Shown: positions 1 through 13,364, counted from the stretch's first letter. The stretch is 63,450 nucleotides of DNA from Octopus sinensis (GCF_006345805.1 NW_021831869.1:1-63450), one strand, 5' to 3'. Program-made: numbers and translations. Notes: a model not told the origin generated them from the letters alone.

Positions 1-289
1 ATGAGTAGAAAAGTGGCATATTAAATGACAGGAAGCTCACGACTGGAACGCCATAGGTCTGCATGTGGGGGGTATGACTTGGGGATATGTACAACTCTTC
101 TTCACATTACTCATATTCACAGGAAACATTCAGATACACGAATTCATATTGTTAGTTCCTACGTACGTTTCACAATTCGGGTAGCTTCGAACCCTGAACT
201 GGACGGGACAATTGCATGTGGATGCTTGAACAAGAAGGGTCATCAAAGTATATTTTACTGCATTAAGTTAGAAAGAACTAATGTGTGTT

Positions 290-610
290 TGTATATATAT
301 ATATATATGTAATATGTATATTATATATATATATATGTATTAATATGTGCATATGTTATGTATATATATATAATATATGTATATAGTGCATATGTATATG
401 TATATATAATATATATATATATAGATATATATGTATATATGTACATAAATATATGTATATGTAGATATATATCTATATATATATGTATATAGTACATAAA
501 TATATGTATATGATATATATATATATATATAATTTATATATGTATATAGTGATAAATATATGTATATGTATATTATATATATATTATATATTAATATACA
601 TGTGCATAAA

Positions 611-653
<43 letters not shown>

Positions 654-732
654 GTGCCATAAATATATGTATATATATATAAATATATATATATAAATGT
701 GCATAAATATATGTATTGTATGTATATATTAA

Positions 733-765
<33 letters not shown>

Positions 766-830
766 ATGTCTGTATAAATATATGGGCATGAATGAGAATG
801 GGATATATATTAATTATATGATATGTATAT
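290..830. repeat. Compound (TA)n/(ATGT)n tract with recurring GCATAAATATATGTAT units
   Basis: Seen directly in the sequence. Confidence 0.9.
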
Positions 831-1050
831 ATAAGAATGCAAATGTGATGTGTGTGTACATGTGTGTGTGTGGTCGAACTAACTTTGTCTTCCGTCTTTC
901 TAGAGTTGAAATGTACCAGACATGCACTGGGCAGCTCAAATCCCGCAGAATGACAAATCATTTTGTCGACTGCTACACCCCGATTAAAATTTCCTTTCAA
1001 TACTGAAGAACTTGTGTGTGTGTAAATTTTTTACTTGTGTTTTTTTTTTA

Positions 1051-1245
1051 CCGAGGAGGCCTCATCAACATCGCTCGATCTCCAAGAATTGGCAGCTAAA
1101 TCACCCTCATGTTGTAATCTGTCGTCTTAGGGAAAGGGCACTTCGTATAATGTAATTTCAGACACATTTACAACTCCAAGTTTTCGGAGTAGTCACAAAT
1201 GTTATGTCATTGATTAGGGATCAACTGGGTTGAAGAAACAAGCTA
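1051..1245 (+). mobile_element. Unclassified interspersed repeat family E; other diverged copies near 5200, 14930, 19250, 27830, 44740, 47190, 56940 and 58560
   Basis: A recurring GAAATAGCAGCCAAATCTCCCTCAAATCAC-like block appears in both orientations. Confidence 0.55.
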
Positions 1246-2012
1246 TTATCTTGAATATCGTATTGAATGAATGATTGAATAATAATAATAATAATAAGAA
1301 TAAGAAGAAGAAGAAGAAGAAGAAGAATAACAATAATAATAATAATAATAATAAAATTGTTACAATTAAATTAATTCTTTTTGTTGTCCTACTTAATTAA
1401 GCACTTTGGTAACAGACACTTTTCACGTTTGTCTTTTATATGTAAAAGATGTAAACAAAATATAAATTATTAACAACAACAACAATGATAATAATGATAA
1501 CAATCTGGTTTTAATTTGCCACAAGGGTGAATAAATAAAATAATAATAATATGAAGAACTAGAAGTAAACCACAAAACTAAATTGAATTTCTTTCACTAT
1601 TTTATTTTATAATCAAATTAGATTTTTTTCTATTTTGTATTTTTGTATTCCATAGCCTCTTTTAAAATTATTTGTCTTTTGTATTATTTTATTTTATTTT
1701 AAAAAATACCCTCCGCTACCACCATCGAGAAAAATCGGGAAGTTCATTTTAGTTTCTTAAGGGGGTTCAAAATTCTTTCTATTTGCTTAGAAAATTTCTT
1801 CGACTCCTAAATATTTCCAGGACATTATTCTAGTTATTTAATTAGTTATTGTTTTTAAATATATTAATTTGAAAATACACCCCCTCCCACCGCCACTAAT
1901 TGTCATTAAGATAATATCAAATATGATGTTAATTATTGTAGTGATTTGTGATATTGTTAATAATTATAATGATGTTGATTGTTAATTCTGGAAGAAAGCT
2001 TTGTATTTATAT

Positions 2013-2366
2013 AGGAATGGCAGTGTGGTAAGTAGCTTGCTTACCAGCCACAGGGTTCCGGGCTCAGTCCCACTGTGACTATAGCCTCAGGCCGACCAAA
2101 GCCCTGTCAGTGGATTTTGTACACGAAAACTGAAAAAGCCCGTCTTGTGTGTGTGTGTGTGTTTGTGTGTGTTCCTACACCATCGCATGACAACCGATGT
2201 TGGTGTATTTACCTCCCCGTAACGTAGCGGTTCGGCAAAAGAGACCGATATAGAATAAGTACTAGGCTTACAAAGAATAAGTCCTGGGGTCGATTTGTTC
2301 GACTGAAGATGTTACTCCAGCATGGCCGCAGTCAAATGACTGAAACAAATAAAAGAATAAAAGAAT
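2013..2366 (+). mobile_element. SINE family B (tRNA-derived, CORE-like), internally deleted copy
   Basis: Has a TGGCAGTGTGGTAAG A-box-like head, GGTTCCGGGCTCAGTCCC B-box-like motif, internal (TG)n, and a CAGCATGGCCGCAGTCAAATGACTGAAAC tail shared with many copies in the window. Confidence 0.85.
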
Positions 2367-3289
2367 GATATAATTTACTCCATCATTACATAACTTGTAT
2401 TTATTCCATATGCTCGAAATCGCCCCATCCCTCAGGAATATTCGCTGAGTCGTATGATAGTAACCGTCTTCGTCTTATAGCAATAATTCCGTTCACGTCG
2501 ATGATGAATATTTGATAGACCCCAGTATACAACTGGTACTTCGTTCTGTCGTCTCTGGAAGGACAACTGAGACTCGGAAATGAAATGTTGTCACTGAACA
2601 CCGCAACACCGTAAGACATTTTGTTTATCACTCCACCGACTCTACCACTTTACGCCATAATTTTTGACTTCAGTAACAGGGTCACAGATTTTAGTGTAAG
2701 GAATGCTCAACTATTTCAATCCTGGTACGTAACGGGTGTTTAAAATCTTCATCCTCGCACCTTGAAAACATGAAAGATTTGATCCACCAGAACCAACACA
2801 ATGCGAACTGGAGAACGCACTTAAGAAGTTAAAATATGCACCTGCCGTTCACCGGTTACTACTACACCAGTGCCATCAATGCAATTAATAATAATAATAA
2901 TAATGATAATAATATAATAATAATAATAATAATAAATAATGGTGGCGGTGATAGGGAATAGATATAAACATTACACAGGGAAACCGATTAAAAGAGCAAG
3001 TAAACAAAATTGAAAAATAATGAAAAACCAAAACCATACGTGTTTTTGGTAGCCAGAAAATAACTAGAAAATTGAGAAAGTCCTTGTATTCGAAATGAAA
3101 TGATTCCAAAATAGTTGTCAGGGAAACTATACTTGACAGCAATATTAACTTATTCTATTAGAATAGAAAAATAAAGTAAATTGTGTTACTGTGGTATCTA
3201 TGTGGTTAAGAAGGTTGTGGGAATGAAGATAGTAATACAAACACGTAGATAGACAGAGAGACAGAAAGAAAAAACAAAAAACAGATAGA

Positions 3290-3529
3290 CAAATATATGT
3301 ATATGCATATGAATATACTCACATATACATATATAAGTGTATGTCTATCAATATATATATATATATGTAAATATATATATGTTTATATATGTATATACAT
3401 ATATATATGTAAATATATATATGTTTATATATGTATATATATGTGGTATGTATATATATATGTATATGTATGTATGTATATATTATATGTTAATATGTGT
3501 ATATATATAGTATATGTATGTATATATTG

Positions 3530-3566
<37 letters not shown>

Positions 3567-3925
3567 GTTAGTATATGTATGTATATATATTGTTATGTAT
3601 ATATATGTATGTATATATATATGTATGTATATATATATGTATATATATATGTATGTATATATATATGTTGTATGTATATATATATGTCTATATATATATA
3701 TATATATTATGCATATATGTATATATATGCAAAAACATATAACAACGTATTCATTATTATGGATGTCGTATATTATATATATCTATATGTATTTATATAT
3801 ATATGTATATATATATATATATTATATATATAATCAAATACATAAATACACAACACCCACACATATATATATATATGTATATATATATAATATATATATT
3901 ATATATATATATATGCATGTATGTA
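3290..3925. repeat. Compound (TA)n/(TATG)n microsatellite
   Basis: Seen directly in the sequence. Confidence 0.9.
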
Positions 3926-4874
3926 CGTAAATATTCACGTGTGCATGTGTGTATACATGTGCATATTTATATTCTTGTGTGTCTTTTTGTGTTATAAACT
4001 GACTGGTTGATTTTTCAGCTCAGCTTCCATGCTTTCTGGTTGAATAAGATATTGTATCGGCACGCACGCGCGCGTGCGCATACACACAATCCCAAACACA
4101 AGTTATGATAAAATCCGTGTATTTGTGCGCTCACGTCATACACCTTTCTGCCTCGTAACTGAGTGTATGTATGTGTATAATTTCCTTGTTTGCATATATA
4201 TATATATAAAATATGTGTCTGAAAGTGTCTGAGAGAAAGAGAAAGATTATGGGAGACATAGAAATAGCTAATTACACTGGAACAACACACCCATACTCTC
4301 ATAAGCATATATGTGTGTGTGAGTATATCTATGTATGTGTGTGTATGTATCTATAATGCATACATATACATGAATGGAATACCTCTACTATATCATATTC
4401 CGTTTATGACCATCCTGTCCTTTTGTGACCATCTATGTGTAAATGCGTTAAGTAGATTTTAAAAAATTTATGTGACATCTGTTTGTTAGCAAATCAAACT
4501 ACGATGTGTATCAGCAGTTCTTATGGGTGGCGCTGTAATCAGTGAACAGGTTGCTAAGACAAAAGACAAAAATGTTTTAAATTTTACAATATTTAGTAAA
4601 ATGTGACATGTCCATGAAAATGTTTAGCAATAAGCGATTTAAAGATATGAGGGCAATAATGTCATAGTTTTACTGTAAACTAAAAATATGGAAGGTGTCC
4701 TACATAAAATATGTTGTTTCAAATTAGTACCACCAAGTAGTTCTGATGTTTCGGACGCGAGACCTTCATCAAAATTGCTGCATTCATAATTTTCAAACAC
4801 TGCCCACACGCGCCCGTTCATATGCCAATAACTTGGATGGCGTGAGACTTTGATACTCTCTTTCTGTCTCCCAC

Positions 4875-4909
<35 letters not shown>

Positions 4910-6526
4910 CGTGTGTGTGTCTGTCTGTATCATTGGCTTATATGCGTGGTTTGAAAAGGCGCTGGGTTGGTAGAACTCTTTACGCTCTGAGTTCAATTCC
5001 TGCGAGGACAATTGTGCCAAGCTGTGTCGTCCCTTGCTTGTATTTTAAGAAACATCAATGTTGTGGATGAAGAGGACTGACCTGTTGCTTTGTGCAGCTG
5101 CACCTTAAGTCTGCATCTTAATGATGAAGTGTCTATGTGCAGACACGGGTTCAGTTCAGACTGCGGTAGGCGATATATTGTCGAAAGTGTTCTCTTTTGT
5201 ATGATTTGAAGAAAATTTAACTGCTATCTCTAGCATATCAGTTTACCGTGTAGCATCTCTTCCATTAGACCAGCTTCTGCATCAACCTTTCCTTCGTTCT
5301 TCAGAAACAGAGTTTGATCTTCGATGTCTGGGGATGATTTATGTCGTACCTCATAATTAAGATCTAAAACTGATTCTATTTTATTTTGAAAGAATTTCTT
5401 TGTTGCTATTTCTATAATGGAGTATTTGTCAGGTGTACTGGCTGAATCAGTAGAGCACCGGACAGACTAGCTTGCACCTTTTATTTAGTTATGCGTTTTA
5501 CATTATGAGCAGTTTCAAATCCTGTTGAAGACAAATTTACGTTTATTTCTTCTAAGTGTCAATGAAATAAGACTTGTCAATTGATGAAAGCCATTGTCGT
5601 CAAGTTATCTGCCACCCCTGGAAATATATGGAGCAGTACATTAATGTGTGCGTGAGAGAGAGAGAGAGATTTCGCTTTAGTGGGTAACGAGAGCCGGAAA
5701 CGAGAACGACAATTTTCTACAACATTCGTATAACTGATGGCTCAAAATATCACTTCTTAATTAAGGAAGAACTTAATATCCGAATTGATAACTTCTGACA
5801 TAAGAGGGTTGAATGTTCACTTTCAATTCCTAAAATGGTGCTTCTAGTTTCAGCCTTTAGGCATTATGAGTTCTTTATTTCGAATCGATTTGGGGATGAG
5901 CATCGTTCCTGCATTTATGGACGTGTGCAATATTAACTTTCAGAGTGTGTGTTGTAGTTGTATTTTGATTGAGTCATAATTTCTCAAAGTTTAACCATAT
6001 GCACTAATGATGTGTCTTTATTTATCTTTAACTGTTATTCAATGATTGAATTGTTTTCATGAACGTTGATATATGTTGCCATACTCTGGTAACCTGTCCA
6101 CTAATTTTTGACTAACGTGTAATTATATATATGTATATATATATGTGTGTGTATGTGTGTGTATACATACATACATACATACATACCGACAGATAGATAG
6201 ATAGATAAATAGGGAGAGAGGGAGAGAGAGAGACGCATACGCATGTATATACATATATATATCTACAAATACGAACACATGTATTCACAGTAACAAACAT
6301 ACATTCACACCTTTAACTCGTTTTTTTTTCTCTCAACCAAATTAATAAATGCAAATATATTTATATATTTTCAATATTCAATTAAAAAAATTAGCTATCG
6401 TTTTGCATTATTACCTGTTGATTTATTTACCTCCTAATTATATAAACAAGATATGTTTATTTTAAATATATTTCTGACTCAATTTATTTGCATACTCTCA
6501 TTGTTGTTTTCTTCTATTCCTACCAG

Positions 6527-6716
6527 AAAAACGGCGTGTATCCATGTGTGTGGGGTGTGGTTCACAGATACATGATCAGTACATACTTCGGGTCGCTCCT
6601 GACTTAGAGTGGCATGCCGCATGTCTAAAATGTGCGGACTGCGAACAGTATTTGGATGAGACTTGTACATGTTTTGTGAGGGATGGGAAAACTTATTGCA
6701 AAAGAGACTATGTGAG
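6527..6716 (+). CDS. Isl: Islet-family LIM-homeodomain transcription factor, internal exon encoding LIM domain 1
   Basis: Manual translation gives (x)[62 protein letters not shown](R), with all LIM Cys/His ligands, nearly identical to Islet-1/tailup LIM1 as recalled. It is flanked by a pyrimidine tract plus CAG (6501-6526) and a GTAAGA donor (6717-6722). Entry is phase 1 and exit phase 2. The 190-nt length matches vertebrate ISL1 exon 2 as I recall it. Confidence 0.97.
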
Positions 6717-7237
6717 GTAAGATAACTCCACTTTTTACTCTGTATACTATGGTGTTGGATATATATATATATATGTCTGTGACAGTGTGTGTATATATAT
6801 ATATATATCAAATGTGAGGATAAAATTCTTTTCGAAAAAAAAAATATTTTCTCGGAAAAATTTCATCAATGGCCAGCATATTAAAAAATACCTTTAACGG
6901 TTAAATTTATAAACAATTCATAAATGAGAGCAAAGGAAAAAAATTCTAATGCCATATTTGGTATATGTGTGGTGAGGTTAAGCGTTACTAAGTGTTTTAC
7001 TGTGTATAGTAACCGCTGTTGTGTTTATTTCTGTATATGTGTTTTTGGAAGTATATGTAAGCATGTACGTTTCTATAAATTAGTCACGTATATGCCTATA
7101 TCAGCATGTATATACATTGTTTATATTATCTGTGTATACATATACACAATTATATGTTTATATAATCGTAACACACACAAACTCACACGCACAAACATAC
7201 ACACATACGAGTATATACATGTGTGAATTTGTGTGTG

Positions 7238-7284
<47 letters not shown>

Positions 7285-7383
7285 CTCTATCAGTGTATAT
7301 ATAATATGATAACAAAAGAATGAATGAAAGCTCGATATTATGTAAGATAAAGGAATTAATAAATATACGTGACAATTAGTTGG

Positions 7384-7457
7384 TTGTCATAATAAAACTC
7401 AGAGTTTCGGAGCCGGGGCTGAAGTCTGCTCCGGCATCTCACCAGTTATTGAGACAA
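7384..7457 (-). ncRNA. Type I hammerhead-like fold with core substitution A6G, probably decayed
   Basis: The minus strand reads TTGTC-TC-AATAA-CTGGTGA-[stem II with G10.1-C11.1 and GCCGG/CCGGC]-GAAA-CTC-T-GAG-T-T-TTATT-AT-GACAA. All three helices pair. Confidence 0.6.
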
Positions 7458-7575
7458 AAACGGTATGAAAAAAAGAAACGTTGAATAAAAGGAAAATACT
7501 CCAACAGGCATGGGGAAAAGTAAAACTTTGTTCATAGAATCTGCATATTCACACATATGCACACATACATGTATG

Positions 7576-7626
<51 letters not shown>

Positions 7627-7732
7627 TCACACACGCGTGTACATATACATACAAACACACCTCTATACATTTATATGTCTACGCATACACGCACATATAT
7701 ACCCATGCACGCATCATTATATTCATATACAC

Positions 7733-9154
7733 ATCTCTATACGCACATACACATACATACGCGGATAGACATATATACAATAAAAACACATAAGCAAAAA
7801 TATATAAACCGGAAAACATTCTCATTCGCCGCAAAACCTGTATATGAGTTATATATGTATATACACAATTACACCCTCCTGTCTTCAACTACATCTACAC
7901 TGCAGCATAAAACGTGTACATATATATAATATATTATATATATTATATATATGATATATATATATATATATCTATATATATATATATATATGAAGAGGAG
8001 ACAAGTACAACAGGTAGAGTCTTGCATTCGTATATATATACAATCATTCGTACACATGTATATATGCACGCACATATACATTAGGTAATATACTACACGC
8101 GTATAAGTTACACAATTATAAAGGATTAAAAATATATACAGAAAATTATATAAAGTAATAAGATATATATAAATATATAAGAGATGTTAAGACATGTGAA
8201 AGGCTTGTATGTGAACATAATATATAAAGCAGGTTCTATCTGTGATCTTGGGTGCTCCAAAACGTAGCAAATGTTTTGACATATGTGGACATGACCCAAG
8301 AAGTTCAGTTCTTGAATTTAGACATGTAGCGTGGTCTAGAGAATTTTTCCAGATAAGCTATCTTTCCATATCGCAAAGATCGCACTTCTTATATGAGCTG
8401 TATGATTCACCATAAGATCTTGGCCAAGTGTAAACCATACACCAACAGCAATGGAAAGTGCTGTCTTGGCAATATGGAAAGATGGCTCATCTGGTAAGTT
8501 CTTTAGACTCCGCTACAAATCTAAATTCAAGAACTGAACCTTTGGGGTTATGTCTGCATATGGCAAAACATTTGCTACGTTTTGGGATCCCACCCCCCGG
8601 TTCACAGAACCTGCTTTATATATTATGTCCACATACAAGCCTATCATATATCTTAACATCTCTTATATATTTATATATATTTTATTACTTTATATATTTT
8701 TCTGCATATTATTTTTTACCTTTTATAATTGTGTAACTTATACGCGGGTATATACACCTAATGTATATGTGCTTGCATATATACATGTGTACGAATGATT
8801 GTATATATACGAGTGCAAGACTCTACCTGTCGTCTCCTTTCTTCATATATATATAATAAATATTAGGGAATAAATCCAAATTTACAGGGAAAAATCAGAT
8901 TTAGGATTGAATCCAATTTTATAGTAATATATTATATTATATCAAATTAGAGACAAAACCACTATTATGCAAATGAAACAAAGAAAGACTTAAGCCAATA
9001 CATAAAATAGTTTATATAAATTTAGAAATTTAACAATTATAAAATTATAATATATTTAAATTTCTAAATTTATATAAATATTTTATGTATTGGCTTAAGT
9101 CTTTCTTTGTTTGATTTGCATAATAGTGGTTTTGTCTCTAATTGATATAATATA

Positions 9155-9189
<35 letters not shown>

Positions 9190-9420
9190 GTTTATATAGC
9201 TGCAGGTGTAGATGTGGTTGAGAGACAGGAAGGTGTAATTGTGTATATACATAACTCATTTGTATATTCAAGTTTTGCGGCGAATGTGAATGTTTTACGG
9301 TTTATGTTTTTTGCGTATGTGTTTTTATTTGTATATACGTCTATCCGCGTATGTACGTGCATGTGCGTATAGATTACGTTTTGCATAACCGCATATTTAT
9401 GCGTATATGCGTATAGAGAT
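7733..9420. repeat. Large diverged inverted repeat (foldback); arms ~7733-8388 and ~8455-9420, loop ~66 nt
   Basis: Segments reverse-complement each other throughout, e.g. 7990-8085 vs 8757-8845, 8301-8388 vs 8455-8540 and 7737-7915 vs 9187-9372. The ORF track shows parallel peptides on opposite strands (INRKTFSFAAK and INRKTFTFAAK). Confidence 0.92.
8855..9160. mobile_element. AT-rich palindromic MITE-like insertion within a (TA)n tract
   Basis: Arms of ~105 bp (8930-9033 and 9056-9155) are reverse complements with about three differences. The segment is absent from the matching left arm of the large foldback. Confidence 0.7.
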
Positions 9421-11004
9421 AAGTGATAAGTGGTGATCTGGTACCTTCCTTATTACAAGCATACTTTTCAGACACCATTCGTATCTCCTGAGCCCCACGC
9501 GGCTAGTTCTCAGGAAGGCATTTGTCCACTCAGTGTATCATTTGCCGTGGAAATGTTTTGAAACATCTAACACATGTTAAACTCCCAAGGTAACTTTCTG
9601 AAAACTTAATTGTGAAGGGCATATTAACCGTGAAGAATATTGATTTCTTGTATGAAGACATCCATAGTAAATATATACCTGTCATGGGTACTTTTCAAGA
9701 GTAGATCCCAATCTGGGGATTGCTCTAATTTGGATTTGTTTTAAATATTTTTGTTTTCATAAGACAAAAGTCAATAGTAATATACAATAATCTTTTAATC
9801 GGTCAAAATATATAAAAAATACGGGACGTTACTGGAAACGAGGCTGTTTAATCTGTATATGTATATTGGTGATAGTAATTTGGATATGTGTGTATATGTA
9901 CACGAGTGTGTTTGCGTGGGTATATGTACTTGTATGTGTTTGTATACAACCATTTCATGTAAGCAGATATCCGCATGCGCAAACGTATATGGTCGGAAAC
10001 TCAAACGTAGACGCACACATATAAACACATACACAAACACGTGCAACTCACATATAAATACATATAACACACACACAAACACACACGCACACGCACACAC
10101 ACACGCGCGGAAATGAAAGCAAACATCAATGGTATTAGTTGCCGTCGGATACATAAACAGACACCTTGACATGTGTCTATATACACGTGCATTTTCAGCC
10201 ACCATAAACATGCTGTTACATGCAAATAACATAACACACATCCACACACACAAATACGCGCGCGCGTGAGTGAATGTGCGCCTACGCGCAGTTTTTTTTT
10301 TTTATCGAATTATATTTGTTTTCATATGAGCTCCACACCGGTTCTTTCCAAACCTAAAAGTTTCGATATCAACGTTTCTAGACAGTCAAGGTCTCATCTG
10401 CAAGACGAAGCGCTGTTGGCATATGTTGCTGACGCTTCATCATTGGAAGCTAATATGATGGCGCAAATATTTGCGCAATCTTTATAAAATTGTACATATG
10501 TAATGATAATTACTGTATATTATCCATAAATTTATTTTAGCAAGATTATATGTGAGGACTACAAAGTCAATTATTGTCTAATTATGTGATAAAGTTTGTG
10601 GAATATGAATGCATTGTTTACTAATGTTTTTACACGATTAGTCTTGTACTTTGTGATGTGAATGAATAATTATGCCTACCGTCTTGATCTCAAGCAAAAA
10701 CAATGTATATATATATATAGGGAAAAGTCGTGAGTTTGAAACAGGTGTTAAAATAAGCGCAATTTTTTCTTCTTTTCTAATGAGCATAAAAATAAGCTTT
10801 TTCTCCATAATTTACATAAAATATTTTAAAACATATTCAAACAACGAACACTTCAAGGGATTTCCAGATGAATAATAAAAAAAATAAGCCTCGGACTACA
10901 GAAACTATCAGCTTTACAGTTACAATGTATTAAATAATACTCTACACTTATGTATTGTGTCCTGCAGCTTTTTGGGGGTTTTTGCATCTCAAGGAGCCAA
11001 CAGA

Positions 11005-11070
<66 letters not shown>

Positions 11071-11081
11071 CATCTATCTAC

Positions 11082-11303
11082 CTGGCAGGAACGTTAGCGC
11101 GCCGGGCGAAATGCTTAGCGGTATTTCGTCTGCCGTTAAGTTCTGAGTTCAAATTCCGCCGAGGTCGACTTTGCCTTTCATCCTTTCGGGGTCGATAAAT
11201 AAAGTGCCAATTATGCACTGGGGTCGATATGGTCGACTTAATCCGTTTGTCTGTCCTTGTTTGTCCTCTCTGTGTTTAGCCCCTTGTGGGCAATAAAGAA
11301 ATA
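11082..11303 (+). mobile_element. SINE family A, young subfamily (tRNA head plus Meta-domain-like core), inserted in an (ATCT)n tract
   Basis: Has TGGCAGGAACGTTAG, a GAGTTCAAATTCC B-box, a GTCGACTTTGCCTTTCATCCTTTCGGGGTCGATAAA core and a CCCTTGTGGGCAATAAAGAAATA tail. (ATCT)n lies on both sides. Confidence 0.88.
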
Positions 11304-11947
11304 TATCTATCTATCTATCTATCTACTTTCTGGTGTGCCTTCATTTTTCGTCAATCGAAACTACTTACAAGGATTTGGTTGACTCGAGGCTGAAGTGTAA
11401 AACAGAAGGTGCACGCAGAGGATTGGAACTGAAAGTGAAACCACAATGTTGAGGAACAAACCCTTTAACCACAAGCCATGCCTATGTACATACATACAGA
11501 CAGACATGTGTGTGTATATATATGTATACACACACACACTCAAATGTTTAGGCTTGTGTCTGTGTGTGTATCGAACAGCAACAACTTGTAAATTTACTAT
11601 AATTTGCAAAGTGTTCTTTTGATGTAAAAGTGAATTGTACCGCCATTTTAACACCATTTGCAAGTTCGACTGCATCTACATGGCATTTTAGTCACGTCTT
11701 TGCGGAGGCATATATGTAAGATAGTACATATATCTGTATGTGAATGAATATATATGAAGCGGTATGTGTGCATAAATACAAGCATGTGTATATATATAAA
11801 TTTATATATGTGTATATATGTGTATATATATAGATATATAAACATATGTGTGTGTGTGTGTAATGTATATATATATATACATATATATATATGTTTGTGT
11901 GTATATAAGAGTTTGTGAATATATATGCGCATAAATACGCACACTCC

Positions 11948-11991
<44 letters not shown>

Positions 11992-13157
11992 GCACACATT
12001 GCAAACCTGTAATATATATATATATTCGTGTAATCTGCATACATTATAGCTAAAATTTGCATTTTACTTTTGACACACATACATGCATACAATTTATGCA
12101 TATAAAATTAAGCACTCAAACACACTGCACATATTTTTCCCTGCGATTATGTGTATGAGGTGTGTGTCCGTCTGTCTCTGCATATGCATTTACGTACGTG
12201 TAGCTGTGTGTGCGTTTGTGTACACACACACACACACACATATTTATATATATACACATCAAATGTCATGTAATATATGCCGCTTGTATAGCTTACGTAA
12301 TATATGTGTATATACACATATATATATTTGATTATGTGTATCTTTATAAATATATGTATATGAATGCATTTTTTCTAAAATATGCATTGTACATTGTATT
12401 CATACCATTATATATATACATTTTATATACACTCCTAAATTCTCACGTACACGCACACATATATATTTACATCCACAGAATTATGCACACATAAATATGC
12501 TCAGATACATATTTATATATGTGTGTGTATTGGCAGAGAGTTTGTGCGGATGTACACTTGTTTGCGTGTTTGCTAGTTCCTCTATTGTATTGCTGCTGTG
12601 AAATTATTGTGCGACACACAATTGCAGCATACTTAGAAGGCCTTCTTCAATTGATTGGGAAGATGTGTCAGCGCGCCTTCCACATGAGAGAGCGCCTCTA
12701 GAGTAATGCATACAGTTGTAGGTATGCATCTATGTGTCTATACTTGTATATATGTATGTATATATATAAGCGTCTGTTTGTGCACACTGTTTTTTTCCAT
12801 GCTCTGCTTTAAAGCACGAAAGAAAGACGTGTGTGTATTTGTATAACATTTTGTGATTCCCTCCAGGTAACATAGCTATTGTTGAATGGAAGGATGCCAA
12901 CGAAAGAGGAACTCTGAGTACCTTTTAAATGATGCACCAGCTCCACAACTGAATATATATACATACATTCATGCACCGCTTACGATGTATATATATATAT
13001 ATTATATATATATATAGATACCATTATTTAATGTGTTAAAGCATATGTTACTCTACCTCCGTATCGAGTACTATTTTTTCCCACCTTGTTTCACGTTTAT
13101 CTGCTTACTTGCGTGGTGTGTGTGTGTGTGTGTGTGTGTGTATAAGTAATGATATAT

Positions 13158-13199
<42 letters not shown>

Positions 13200-13201
<2 letters not shown>

Positions 13202-13355
13202 TTACTTATTACATGTTTCAGAAGTGCGTCTGCGGCCGTGCTGGAGCACGGCCTTGAACGAATCGTCCTCAGTATTCTGATACTATTCTATTGGCCCCTT
13301 ATGCCGAACCGCTAGGTTACGGAGACTCAAACAAACTAACACCGGTCCTCATGTA
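13200..13355 (-). mobile_element. SINE family B 3' half, diverged
   Basis: GCGGCCGTGCTGGAGCAC and GCCGAACCGCTAGGTTACGG are reverse complements of family B blocks. Confidence 0.75.
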
Positions 13356-13364
13356 GTATAAGTT

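Noticed and set aside
4249-4318. ATG GGA GAC (MGD, like the vertebrate ISL1 start) with a phase 1 GTGAGT donor
   Set aside because: Splicing to 6527 creates T+AA = TAA, a stop at the junction, and the donor lies in a (TG)n tract.
5105-5165. ATGATGAA-GTGTCT-loop-AGACAC hairpin resembling hammerhead stem II
   Set aside because: It lacks GAAA and the CTG core.
6924-7226. ORF starting MRAKEK as a possible LIM2 segment
   Set aside because: It has no Cys/His ligand pattern or PGDEF motif and runs into microsatellite.
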